The notes under the pieces are model-generated. The model did no database searches and was not told the origin of the DNA. It saw nothing but the letters and a program-made list of their open reading frames with translations. A stretch of 64,000 bases of DNA from Squalus acanthias (taxonomy: Eukaryota): NCBI GenBank assembly GCA_030390025.1, contig CM059432.1, forward strand, positions 152,274,001-152,338,000, in the 5' to 3' direction. This document shows positions 11,640-23,681 of the stretch, one piece after another. Positions within the stretch are counted from its first letter, which is position 1, and every line of letters starts with the position of its first letter. The translations under genes and the position numbers were made by a program.

Positions 11640-13071
11640 TACTAGTGACCACAACCCCAATTCCCCTTTAACATTAGTCCCACACCTTACCTTCCCTCTG
11701 TTACTGACCATCACAGCGTCCTCTTGCCCACAATGCTGAAATAAAAGCCACCACAAAACAAACTTTCCAATCCAACTATATCCATATATGCATCCAAAAT
11801 GACATTGTAAACGCATTACTGTTATGCATTCCCTTAGTGATTGTCTTGTGTGTGCCTTTGCGAATCCTACTGATGTCACGCAGTGCTACCCCAGCGGCTG
11901 CAGCATAGCTGATGGAAGGCTGCTGACTTTCAGTGGGGTACATTGCAAATGGCCTTGCTGGTCAACCTTGAGGAGCTGGTGGCTGGGAGTATGAAATGGA
12001 TGACAGTGTTTCTTTTTCACTCTCCATTCCCTCTTCTTGGTCAACCACTGGGCAGGCTGGATTTCTTGGGTGTGTGAAATGAGGAAGGCACAAGGGTGGA
12101 GTTGTGGTAAGGGGAGGGCGGGAAAGCAAGAGGTGCATGTGAGAAGGAGAATAACGTATGAGGATACCAGCATCTTGTATCCTTTCAGCCCCACTGCTGG
12201 CCAAGGACTCAGCCATGCCCTTTCCAAGGGGGTGAGGTGAAGCTAGGAATGAGAGGTGTACCTCGTGTTTGGTACAGATTGTTGGTAGGTGATTGATTGG
12301 GGGGTGGGGGTGGGGGGGAAAGGAGAAGAGGGTGGAGTCGTGCATTGAGTAGTGTGTGAGGCTATTGGTTCAGTTGGTAGGAGACAGCTTTTGAAGATGC
12401 ATTCACTGACCTTGATCATTGGTCTGAGGTCATGAAACCTCTCTGGGCACTGGAGCAAGATCGTGGGGGCGACACTGCTGGCAGTGACGGCCTCTGCAAT
12501 CTGGTCCCACATCCTTCTTTCTGGAGGGCTTCCTGGCCCCGGTGGGTAGAGGACTTCTCTTGCAGTGTTGACCCCCTGCACAAAGCTGGAGTGCTGCATG
12601 CTAGACCATGGTTTGCCAAGCCATTTGTTAGTGCTGAAGCATTTTTAGCTTTATTTTTAGGTTCGTAAGGCAATTCAGCTTTAAGAGCTTAAGACTCCCA
12701 TTTGGGAATTCTTTTTAATGTTAATTTTTTTTCAGAAGGCAGTTGAGCTGTAAGGGCTAAAAACTGCCTATTTTTACATGATTTTTTTTTCATTTCAGAA
12801 GGCAGTTCCCCCTTAAGGGACTGAACTGCTTTATGAAATGACAGCCTTGCTTTAAGAGAAGGCCGTTCTTGCTGTAATGACACTATGACCACGCTACATC
12901 GGGGCCTCCTGCCGGGACGAACGCAACCAGAACAGCGTTTCATAGTAAGTTTAGCGCTGGGCTAAAGTTAATTAGCACCCGCGCCAATTTACCGGTCCTG
13001 CCAGCGCAATCATTTTTGGCGGCCGTTAACACCAGCCCGGCAAGTTTTTAACGATATCGAATTTCTAGGCT
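11640..13071 (-). mobile_element. PIF/Harbinger DNA transposon relic with Myb/SANT-like gene remnant
   Basis: ORF 12243-12599(-) reads VQGVNTAREVLYP...RRMWDQIAEAVTASSVAPTILLQCPERFHDL, a trihelix Myb/SANT-like pattern, followed by a donor AAG|GTCAGT. The terminus GAATTTCTAGGC at 13059-13070 resembles the MITE TIR. Left boundary uncertain. Confidence 0.65.
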
Positions 13072-13452
13072 TGTGTCTACAATGTAGCTTGGTACAAGCT
13101 TCTTTAATTATGTCACAGTACATTAGGGTTTAAAATTAACTTCACACTCAGAAGAATACTCCAACTCATTTTGATGCACTTGTTGCTGAATCAGTGCTTT
13201 TATCCTTCAAATGTACCTCCCTTAAATTTTAATGCATTTAATTTGATTCACAACACAAGCTTTAAGAGTGGCTGTTTTTGGGCAGGTGCCCAAGGGCGAA
13301 ACGAAGTCAACGTAAACGTTGCGATTTGTTCAATATATTTTTGATTGGCAACTCTTTCGCAATTTAAGTAATATTTTGGGATTCTTTAGTCCTTTTAGTA
13401 AAAGCAAAAACTGAACGACTTAAACAAGAGCTATGTTGAGAAGTATTGTCTT

Positions 13453-15370
13453 AACACAGGACTACATGCATGCTAAAAAGCGGAAGCAGCATGCTATAGA
13501 CAGGGCTAAGCGATCCCACGATCAATGGATCAGATCAAAGCTCTGCAGTCCTGCCACATCCAGTCCTGAATGGTGGTGGACCATTAAACAACTAACGGGA
13601 GGAGGAGGCTCCATGAATATCCCCATCCTCAATGATGGTGGAGTCCAGCACGTGAGTGCAAAAGACAAGACTGAAGCGTTGGCAACCATCTTCAGCCAGA
13701 AGTGTCGAGTGGATGATCCATATCGGCCTCCTCCTAAGGTCCCCACCATCATAGAAGCCAGTCTTCAGCCAATTCGATTCACTCCACGTGATATCAAGAA
13801 ACGGCTCAGCGCACTGGATACAGCAAAGGCTGTGGGCCCCGACAACATCCCGGCTATCGTGCCGAAGACTTGTGCTCCAGAACTAGCCGCGCCTCTAGCC
13901 AAGCTGTTCCAGTACAGCTGCAACACTGACATCTATCCAACAATGTGGAAAACTGCCCAGGTATGTCCTGTCCACAAAAAGCAGGACAAATCCAATCCGG
14001 CCAATTACCACCCCATCAGTCTACTCTCAATCATCAGCAAAGTGATGGAAGGCGTCATCGACAGTGCTATCAAGCGGCATTTACTCACCAATAACCTGCT
14101 CACTAATGCCCAGTTTGGGTTCCGCCAAGACCACTCGGCTCCTGACCTCATTACAGCCTTGGTCCAAACATGGACAAAGGAGCTGAATTCCAGAGGAGAG
14201 GTGAGAGTGACTGCCCTCGACATCGAGGCAGCAATTGACCAAGTGTGGCATGAAGAAGCCCTAGTAAAACTGAAGTCAATGGGAATCAGGGAGAAAACTC
14301 TCCACTGGCTGGAGTCATACCTAGCACAAAGGAAGATGGTTGTGGTGATTGAAGGTCAATCACAGCTCCAGGACATTGCTGCAGGAGTTCCTCAGGGCAG
14401 TGTCCTAGGCCCAACCATCTTCAGCTGCTTCATCAATGACCTTCCCTCCAACATAAGGTCAGAAATGGGGATGTTCACTGATGACTGCACAGTGTTCAGC
14501 GCCATTCACAACTCCTCAGGTAATGAAGCAGTCCATGCCCGCATGCAACAAGAGCTGGACGACGTTCAGGCTTGGGCTGATAAGTGGCAGGTAACATTCG
14601 CGCCACAGAAGTGCCAGGCAATGACTATCTCCAACAAGCGAGAGTCTAACCACCGTCCCTTGACATTCAACGGCATTACCATCGCCGAATCCCCCACCAT
14701 CAACATCCTGGGGGTCACCATTGACCAGAAACGTAACTGGACCAGCCACATAAATACTGTGGCAACAAGAGCAGGTCAGAGGCTAGGTATTCTGCATCGA
14801 GTGTCTCACTTCCCGACTCCCCAAAGCCTTTCGACCATCTACAAGGCACAAGGAGTGTGATGGAATACTCTCCACTTGCCTGGATGAGTGCAGCTCCAAC
14901 AACACTCAAGATGTTCGACACCATCCAGGACAAAGCAGCCCGCTTGATTGGCACCCCATCCAACACCCTAAGGATTCACTCCCTCCACCGTACCATGGCT
15001 GCAGTGTGTACCATCTACAAGATGCAGTGCAGCAACTCGCCAAGGCTTCTTCGGCAGCACCTCCCAAACCCACGACCTCTTCCACCTAGAAGGACAAGGG
15101 CAGCAGGAGCATGGGAACACCACCACCTCCAAGTTCCCCTCCAAGTCACACACCATCCTGACTTGGAAGTATATCGCCGATCCTTCCTCGTCGTTGGGTC
15201 AAAATCCTGGAACCATCTCCCTAACAGCACTGTGGGAGTACCTTCACCACACGGACTGCAGCGGTTCAAGGCGGCGGCTCACCACCACCTTCTCAAGGGC
15301 AATTAGGGATGGGCAATATATGCTGGCCTTGCCAGCGACGCCCACATCCCATGAACGAATCAAAAAAAAA
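13453..15370 (+). mobile_element. 5'-truncated non-LTR retrotransposon (CR1/L2/jockey supergroup), RT region
   Basis: ORFs 13433-14860 and 14857-15306 with [37 protein letters not shown]; one frameshift near 14850; ends in an A-run at 15362-15370. Confidence 0.88.
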
Positions 15371-16218
15371 GCTCGCCTAAGAGGGGTTAGCTTCCCTAGA
15401 CATCCCCATGTTGAGTTGTGGATAGCTAGTCAGACGAATAGTATTTATAATGTGAGATTGGAAGTTTCTTAAAGACCTAAACAATGGAAAGTGTTTGCCA
15501 TGTCTTGTTTATTCAGGAAAAACACTTCACACCTTGATGTTGAAAATCTTTTTTGATCTGTGTGGGCTGCGAAAGAGGCTTTTAAAAATCAGGACAAAGA
15601 CACCAAGAGCCAGTCAAACATCAGAAGGTTGCAAAGGGAGAGAACAGCTATCCTGAGCAGCTCAAGATGGAGTTAGACCAAGGTGGGCAATTATTGCAAT
15701 TATTTGGGCTGCAGGCCACTTAAGTTCTGGTGAGCTGTTGAGTGCTGCACACCAATTGCGAGGTCCCGCACAGGCCGCTCACTAGCTCCTGCCGCTGGAA
15801 GAGATACTGCGTGTGCAGTATTGTCAAGTGGCCCTCCAGCCCAAATAATTGGCCACCCTGGAGTAAGAGCTTTTGAAACCAACAAGCTACATTTGCACTG
15901 AAAGCATACAGGGGTTTACATGTTTGACTGTGCAGCTGACCGTTTGCCATGTTATTTCCATAACCCCATGCAGGTATCCATTGTTCCTTATTTTGCAATC
16001 TGATTTCAATGCTTCCTATGTACAAGGCTATTCTCGAAATAATTCAGTGCACAAAACCCTTCACCAGCCCCAGCACAGTCCAGGCTCAACAGATGTTCCA
16101 ATTAGCATGAACACTGACCCAGCAAACAAAAATAAACCCACATCATGGTCCCCAAGCTACAGCAAAGTTGAAATGAGGAGCCCTCCATTACGCCAGAAAC
16201 AATACTGACCACAAAAAT

Positions 16219-18222
16219 AACAGAAAATGCTGGAAATACTCAGGTCAGGCAGCATCTGTGGAGAGAGAAACGGAGTTAATGGCCCAGAAATTCGTCCGAA
16301 TACGGGAGAGTACGCACTGTGTACTCACCCATATTCGGTCCCGAAGTGCCGGTTTCCTGCATGCACTGCGCATGCGCGGGAAACCGGCACTTCCGATATT
16401 GCGAAGGAGGTGGTTCCTAAGTGAACCGCGTGCGCACTACAGGCTGTGCGCACGCAGCACACTTAGGTTTTTTTTCAGGTTTGAACGCGAAGGTAAGTGT
16501 TGAAAATTTTACACATGAAGAAAGGAGGCGTAAGACCTCCTTTTAACAAGGTAAGTAGTTAATTAAGTATTATTTAAAAAAATTTTCAACAGGTTTATCT
16601 TTTTTAGAGACTTTAAAGTTTATTTTTATAACTTTTAAAAAGAATTTAAATTTTTTCAAAAATTTAAATTTTTGTTTAAAGTGGTTAATTTATTTAACTA
16701 TAGTTATTTTATTAATGTGATGGTTTTTTTTTAAAATTTAATTGAGGTTTAGCTGTTCTTTTGGGGGCAAGTTGTATTCATAGCTTTGACAGCTCTTCCT
16801 GTCAAAACTATGAATGAAAGATGGTGTGCTGCCATTGGCTCTAACTGGCCCACGTGATCCCAGAGGTCGCATCGAACTAACTGCGCCTCTGGGACATGCA
16901 CACACTGCGTGCCAGCACCAGGGAGAGGCCCAGGAACTGAAGTTCGTGTGGGCCAAAACCATAAAGGCAGGCGCGGAGTGCGATATCGCGGGGGATCCTT
17001 ACCCCCGCGGCAACCATCGAAGTCCAATTTCTGGGCCAATGTTTCAGGTCTGTGACCCTTCGTCAGAGGTTAACAGATTTTAAGCAGGTGCAGAGGCAGG
17101 GAAAGGGGGGAGGGGAGGAAAGAACAAAAGGGACGGTCTGTGATAGGTTGGAAGGCAGGAGTGGTTAAATGTTGCAAATGGGGATGGCAGAATCATCAAC
17201 AGCTGCCGCCTGAAAAAAATAGGGGTAGAGGTTGTGGTCTGAAATTGTTGAACTAGATGGTGAGTCCAGAGGCTGTAAAGTATCTAATAGAAAGATGAGG
17301 TGTTGTTCCTCAAGCTTACATTGAGCTTCATTGGAACAGTGTATAAGGCCGAGGACAGAGAGGGAGTGGAGCGGAGAATTAAGCTGACAAGGGACGGGAA
17401 GCTCGGGGTCACCCTTACAGACTGAACGGAGGTGTTCCGCAAAGTGGTCACGCAATCTGCGTTTGGTCTCCCCAATGTAGAGGAGACCGCATAGTGAGCA
17501 GTGAATACAGTATACTAAATTGCAATAAGTACAAGTAAATTGCTGTTTCACCTGGAAGAAGTGTTTAGGGCCCTAGACAGTGGGAAGGGAGGAGGTAAAA
17601 GGGCAGATGTTGCATTTCCTGTGCTTGCACAGGAAGGTACCATGGGGAGGGGAGGGGAGGGGCTGTTGGGTCTGTTTGAGGAATGGATCAGGGTGTTGCG
17701 GAGGGAGCGGTCCCTTCGGAATGCTGAAGGGGGGGTGGGGGGAAGATGTGTTTGGTAGTGGGATCACGCTGGACTTGGCGGAAAATAATCTGTTGAATGT
17801 GGAGGCTGGTGAGGTGAAACGCGAGGACAAGGGGAACCCTATCGTGGTTCTGGGAGGGAGGGGAAGGGATGAGAGCAGAAGTGCAGGAAATGGAACGGAC
17901 ACGGTCGAGGGCCATGTCAACCACGGTCGAGGGCCATGTCAACCACGGTCGAGGGGAATCCTTGGTTGAGGAAAAAGGAAGACATATCAGAAGCACTTGA
18001 ATCCTATCAGACCGTCCCTTTTGTTCTTTCCTCCCCTCCCCTTTTTCTCTGCCTCTGCACCTGCTTAAAATCCGTTACATCTCCAACTTTTTCCAGTTCT
18101 GACAAAGGGTCACAGACCTGAAACATTAATTCTGTTTCTCTCTCCACAGATGCTGCCTGACCTGTTGAGTGTTTCCAGCATTTTGTTATTTCAGATTTCC
18201 AGCATCCGCAAGATTTTGCTAT
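16219..18222 (-). mobile_element. Penelope-like element, family 2, truncated, with inverted terminal repeats
   Basis: 13-bp TSD TGACCACAAAAAT (16206-16218 and 18223-18235). GIY-YIG remnant LVYCIHCSLCGLLYIGETKRRLRDHFAEH (17165-17551 -). 18001-18190 is the reverse complement of 16219-16280 plus 17038-17148. Confidence 0.88.
16281..17037 (+). mobile_element. Harbinger-type MITE, copy 1
   Basis: TIR GGCCCAGAAATT / AATTTCTGGGCC, 3-bp TSD AAT (16278-16280 and 17038-17040), CpG-rich subtermini, AT-rich core. Confidence 0.85.
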
Positions 18223-19280
18223 TGACCACAAAAATGATGGCAGATTAAACACGCTGCTCTAAGCAGTGAGGGCATGCGCAGTATCTATAATCGTGTGCCA
18301 TTACCTCGAGTCCTTGTGCCCTGGGATCCACTCCCATGTCTAAGACAGCAATGAGAACCCCCTGCCGTCGAACTTTGGGTACCGGGAGAGGAAAGATCTG
18401 CCGGTCTCTTTGGTAAAAGAGTCATGGAGATGAGCAGCCATGACTCGACTCTAAAATGGACAGGGCATATTCTAGTATGCAGTGCATTCTGGGTACAGAC
18501 GTCCACCATTGGGGCCCAGAATCACTGAACGGATCCTTTTAAGATTGGGCTGGGGAAAATCGCTTTTGCAAATTGATAAATTTAATTAAGTATTACTGTG
18601 TGTTCCCTGGCTGCAGTTCGGGTCCATCTCTGACCCACGAGAAGTGAATGTGGATAGACCAACGTGCAGCTCGAGCTCTGGTTCACGTTCTATTTCTGTC
18701 CCGTCCAGCAGGCCATCAGCCGTATTTTGCCCACCACTGAGTTAGACGACGCACTAGAATGGGCTAGTGCTCATGTTATTTATTCTTGTAACAAAACACA
18801 AACAGAAGTTATACCGTTTGTATCAAGTGACTCATTAAGCTCATTGTTGTGTGTTTTAGCTAATGTGGAATAAAGCACATAAATCTGGTCCAGAACGCAA
18901 AGAAGTTACATTGCAACACTTTCATGTCCCGCTACCACGCTTGTAGATATACGGCAGTAGGGGTTAACCTCCCAAAAAGCTGGCAACCAGACCACCGAAG
19001 GAAGTGGCTGACACCATTGAACCAGAGTAGATACCTGCAGCAGACCCAAATATGTAACAAAAAAATTAAAATTCATTAGGTCCTAGTCACTTTTTAAAAA
19101 AAAGTATCTATCAGCCAGTCTTTTTTCAAATCAGTGAATATGCCTGTAGCCTTGAGAGATAGGCGAGATAACTGCTATAGATGGTGAGAAAAAGAACCGC
19201 TATGCAAGAACAATTTCTCTTATCCTACTGAGATTAACAAGAGTCACTTGATGCAAACAGAAGTTGTACAGACGGTATAT

Positions 19281-19350
19281 CTGACGAAAGGTCATCGAAC
19301 TGAAACGTCAACTCTTTCTCTCTCCACAGATGTTGCCTGACCTGCTGAGT
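19281..19350 (+). repeat. Solo PLE family-2 terminal fragment with hammerhead core
   Basis: CTGACGA-A-AGGTCATCGAACT-GAAA-CG-TC-AACTC followed by the TCTCTCCACAGATG..GCCTGACCTGCTGAG tail. Confidence 0.75.
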
Positions 19351-19812
19351 GTTTCCAGCATTTTGTTTATATTACTTATATCCGAGTTTACGAGAGAAGA
19401 GATTGGGAACTACACAAGGAACTGGCTAAGCTTAATAAATACTGTAAAGTTATATGTTGTAGTACTATTATTCGCTTGTTTCTTTGTTTAATAAATTTGT
19501 TCGACAGTTAAAGCCTACTTCAAAGTCTGCAGTACTATTATTCTGCCGCCTTCCAAACACAAGGAGGATCACACGAGCCTGTTTGATAAAAAATTAATAG
19601 CTAAAATAAAGTGAAGAGGGCTCTCTGCTTATTCCCTGGGCATTTTACAAATTTTAACTACATATTTGGGCTAGTCAAAACATTCTCTGGGACATAAGGA
19701 ATTGAAGTTCACCTGCGAGAGTGGTCTGAAAACAAGGATGTGAAATTAAGGATGTGAAACATATGTAAAACAAAAAAAATTAAGAAAACCCCAAAACATA
19801 CTATGAACATTT

Positions 19813-20125
19813 TCACAGAATCACAGAATCCCCACAGTGCAGATAGAGGCCATTTCGGCCCATCGAGCCTGCACCGACACATATCCCACCCTATCCCCGT
19901 AACCCCACGTATTTAATCCCCCCTAACACTAAGGGTCAATTTATCATAGCCAAATCAACCTAACCCGCACATCTTTGGACTGTGGGAGGAAACCGGAGCA
20001 CCCGGAGGAAACCCACGCAGACACGGGGAGAATGTGCAAACTCCACACAGACAGTCACCCGAGGCCAGATTCGAACCCGGGTCCCTGGCGCTATGAGGCA
20101 ACAGTGCTAACCACTATGCCACCGT
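19813..20125 (-). mobile_element. HE1 / V-SINE
   Basis: Minus strand has A box TGGCATAGTGG, B box GGTTCGAATC, V-domain GTGTGGAGTTTGCACATTCTCCCCGTGTCTGCGTGGGTTTCCTCCGGG, and a CR1-like tail ending (GATTCTGT)n. Confidence 0.9.
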
Positions 20126-20741
20126 TAAATAACCTGGAAAAATAATTTCAGAAGGAACAATCTACAACTAGCAAGAATCTTAGCGGCAGAAGAATTATAA
20201 TTGTATTCTTAAAAATAAATCCCGACTTTGTATTTTATAAGAGTCAACTAAACTTCAGACCAAGTCTGGTGTACTTGTAGAGCAAATTTGAATAATTGTT
20301 ATCTGAGAAAAGGATGCAATATTAACAGAAAATAAAGGATCAACTAAAAGGAAAGCAGTTTTTCCTTGCACAGTATGATTCCATAAAGCCCAACAATGGC
20401 TGGGTGGGGTGGGGGTGGAAGAGATTTAATTAAGAGGTATAATCACATTCCTGTGTTTAGGCACAGCAGGAGAACACTGATCCTTTTATAGATGGAGAAC
20501 AAATTATGGCTACCAGTTAGTGAAATTATTCCTATCAGCTATCAAAATGACTTATCCTATAAATGTACCTCCCTTGGATTTTAGTGTCTTTCATGTGATT
20601 TACAACAAAACACAAACTTTAACAGATGCATGATACAGCAATACAGCAATGAAATTTCTTTTTGGTGTGAATTGTGGCAGTAATCAATGGAGCTCGCTAA
20701 TCTTGATATTTCTTATAGGAACTGGAAGTTGTTAACCCAAA

Positions 20742-22440
20742 ACATAGGATATACGGCACAGAAACAGGCCATTCGGCCCAATCAGTCCATGCCAGCATTT
20801 ATGCTCCACTCGAGCCTCCTCCCGTCTTTCCTCATCTAATTCTGTCAGCATAACACTCTATTCCCTTCTCCCTCATGTACTTATCTAGCCTTCCCTTAAA
20901 TGCATCTATACTATTTGCCTCAACTACTCCCTGTGGTAGCAAGTTCCACATTCTCACCACTCTCTGGGTAAAGAAGTTTCTTCTGAATTCCCTATTGGAT
21001 TTCTTGGTGACTATCTTATATTGATGGCCTCCAGTTATGCTCTTCCCCACAAGTGGAAACACTGGCTCTGTATCCACTCTACAAAACCTTTCAGAATTCA
21101 ACCTTCTTTTTTCAAGCTTCTTTCCTAATCTAATCGTATTTTCCCTCATCATGCTCTCCCCTCTGCTGTCCATGTACTTAATGTATGCCTCTTTCCTTAC
21201 CCCCAATTTTTCCCTTATGGCTTTATTCATCTATGGTGTCTCATTAGCGGTTAGCTTGTTCTTGTTTTTTTAGCAGAATATATTTTTCCTGGACTCTGTT
21301 GAACACCGTTTTAAATGTTTCCCCCTGCTGTTCTACGTCATTGTTTGCCAATATTGTTGCCCATTTTATTTTCCCCAAGTTCTATTCTCAGCCCCTCAAA
21401 AATCAGCTTTTCTCCAATCTATTATCCTGGTCTTCAGCATACTTATGTCCTTCTCAATTATTATTTTAAAGCATATTATATTATGGTCCCCATTGCCTAG
21501 ATGTCCCTCTACATTTCACAGAATCCCCACAGTGCAGATAGAGGCCATTTCGGCCCATCGAGCCTGCACCGACACATATCCCACCCTACCCCCGTAACCC
21601 CACGTATTTAATCCCCCCTAACACTAAGGGTCAATTTATCATAGCCAAATCAACCTAACCCGCACATCTTTGGACTGTGGGAGGAAACCGGAGCACCCGG
21701 AGGAAACCCACGCAGACACGGGGAGAATGTGCAAACTCCACACAGACAGTCACCCGAGGCCGGATTCGAACCCGGGTCCCTGGCGCTGTGAGGCAACCGT
21801 GCTAACCACTATGCCACCGTGTTGCCACTTCTCTTATCTGGTCTGGTTCATTCCCCATTACTAGATCCAATAGCGAATCCTCCCTTGTTGAGCTTTTTAC
21901 ATATTGGGTTAGAAAGGAGTCCTGTATACATCGTAGGAACTCCAGTCCCTTATCCCCTTTACCTATCTCTTCTGTCCAATTAATATCTGGGTAGTTGAAA
22001 TCCCCAATGATTATTCTTCTATGTTTTTTACTCATTTCCCTAATTTGTTTGCATATTTATTCTTCCACCTCCCTTCCACTATTAGGTGGCCTGAACCCCT
22101 ATTAGTGTGACTGACCCTTTATTATCTTTTATCTCTATCCACGTGGATTCTATTTCTGTCTTGCTGATAGCTGCGTCACTTTTTTCTACTACCATTATGT
22201 TAACCCTAATAAGTACAGCTACTCCACCTCCCCTTTTTCCCTCTATCTTTTCTAAATATGTTATACTCTGCAATGTTTAATTCCCAGTCCTGATTTTTCT
22301 GTAGCCATGTCTCAGTAATCCCAACTACGTCTGGTTGCGCACAACGCATGATTGCCTCCAGATCCCCAGTTTTATTACAGACACTGTGTGCATTGCTGTA
22401 CAGACAGTTTAACTCATTTTTAATAGCAGTTCCTCTCACT
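20742..22440 (-). mobile_element. Degenerate CR1 LINE fragments (3' tail and endonuclease region)
   Basis: RRNFFTQRVVRMWNLLP (RT C-terminus), IIIGDFNYPDINW, LLDLV, CLYSNAHSV...VGITETW (APE endonuclease). Confidence 0.8.
21516..21826 (-). mobile_element. HE1 / V-SINE inserted in an old CR1
   Basis: Near-identical to 19813-20125; interrupts a CR1 endonuclease-region remnant. Confidence 0.9.
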
Positions 22441-23681
22441 TTATTGTTAACCATCTTTTTACACTCCTGTTCTATAACTCCATTTATTCCCTGGCCATCA
22501 CTATCCTCCCTTACTTTACTGTTTCCTATGCTCTCCATTCCTGTTTTGTTTATATTTAGGATTTTTAATGTAATTCTATTCAAGATTAAGGACAGAATAT
22601 TAGTTGCGTGTACAAGACGTAGTCTGAAGTTTAGTTGATTTTAATAGACAAAGACTCATGTATTGGTCCTTCCACTCCCTATAGAGTGCTAGCTGTTAAA
22701 ATGTTAATCAATGTTAATCAAATAATCAAAAGGAGCAGTCTGATTGGCTTAAGACCCTGCTAAGGTGTCACACTACATGCAGAGCTTATAGACGTAGAGA
22801 TGATTTGGGTTTGGTCAAACTTTTAACCTTGGTAGATACATAGGTTGGGGAACTGTAGGAATCAAAAGCAAAGCACTGCCGATGCTGAAAATCTGAATTA
22901 AAAACAAAAAATGCTGGAAACACGCAGGTCAGGCAGCATCTGTAACTTCGTGACAACTCTGATGATGCTCTGGAATTCCCTCCCTAAACTCTCCGCCACT
23001 CTCTCTCCCTTTAAGGCCCTTCTTAAAACCTACTTAGAGCAAGCTTTTAGTCACCTCTCCTAATATCTCTTCATTGGCTTGGTGTCAATTTCTGTCCGAT
23101 TACACTCCTATGAAGCGTTTTACGTTAAAGGTACTATATAAATGAAAATTGTTGTTGTATAGGGTTTACTGATCTAGCAGATCTCTTGTAGAAGAGTTAT
23201 TTTAATTGTAATCAAATTAATTGGATCAGAAATGCCCTCAGGTTTAAAATATTAACACCCGTGCAAAACTTGCAGACACACAGATTGTTCTTGGAGCCAA
23301 GCTATTTGATATGCAAGGCATGTGTCAAGACCAGCTACTAAATGGATAGATCCAGTGCTCATACCCTATCCAACTGAATAGTAAAATGGATTACCAACAT
23401 GACTGCCTGCCTCGTTGGAAAGAACTTTGATCTAGTGTGTTGAAGGGGAAGCCTGCCTTTGGAAGAATATAAATGATCCTGGTTTTCTTGCATCTTTAGT
23501 CCCCTGTTCCACTGCTAGTTTTCACATTGTGGTGATCGAAAGAACTCTGAAGGTGAACCACCCACATTATATTCAAAGATTCAGTTAAAAGATTCTGAAA
23601 AGAACACCTAGATTTTGGATTTATTATTTTTTGTGTCAGTTTAAAGTATAATGAAAATCAAGGATTGTACAGCTGATTATT

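Noticed and set aside
20040..20125. tRNA-like A/B boxes (also at 21750-21826 and 26720-26790)
   Set aside because: These are SINE heads; no complete cloverleaf.
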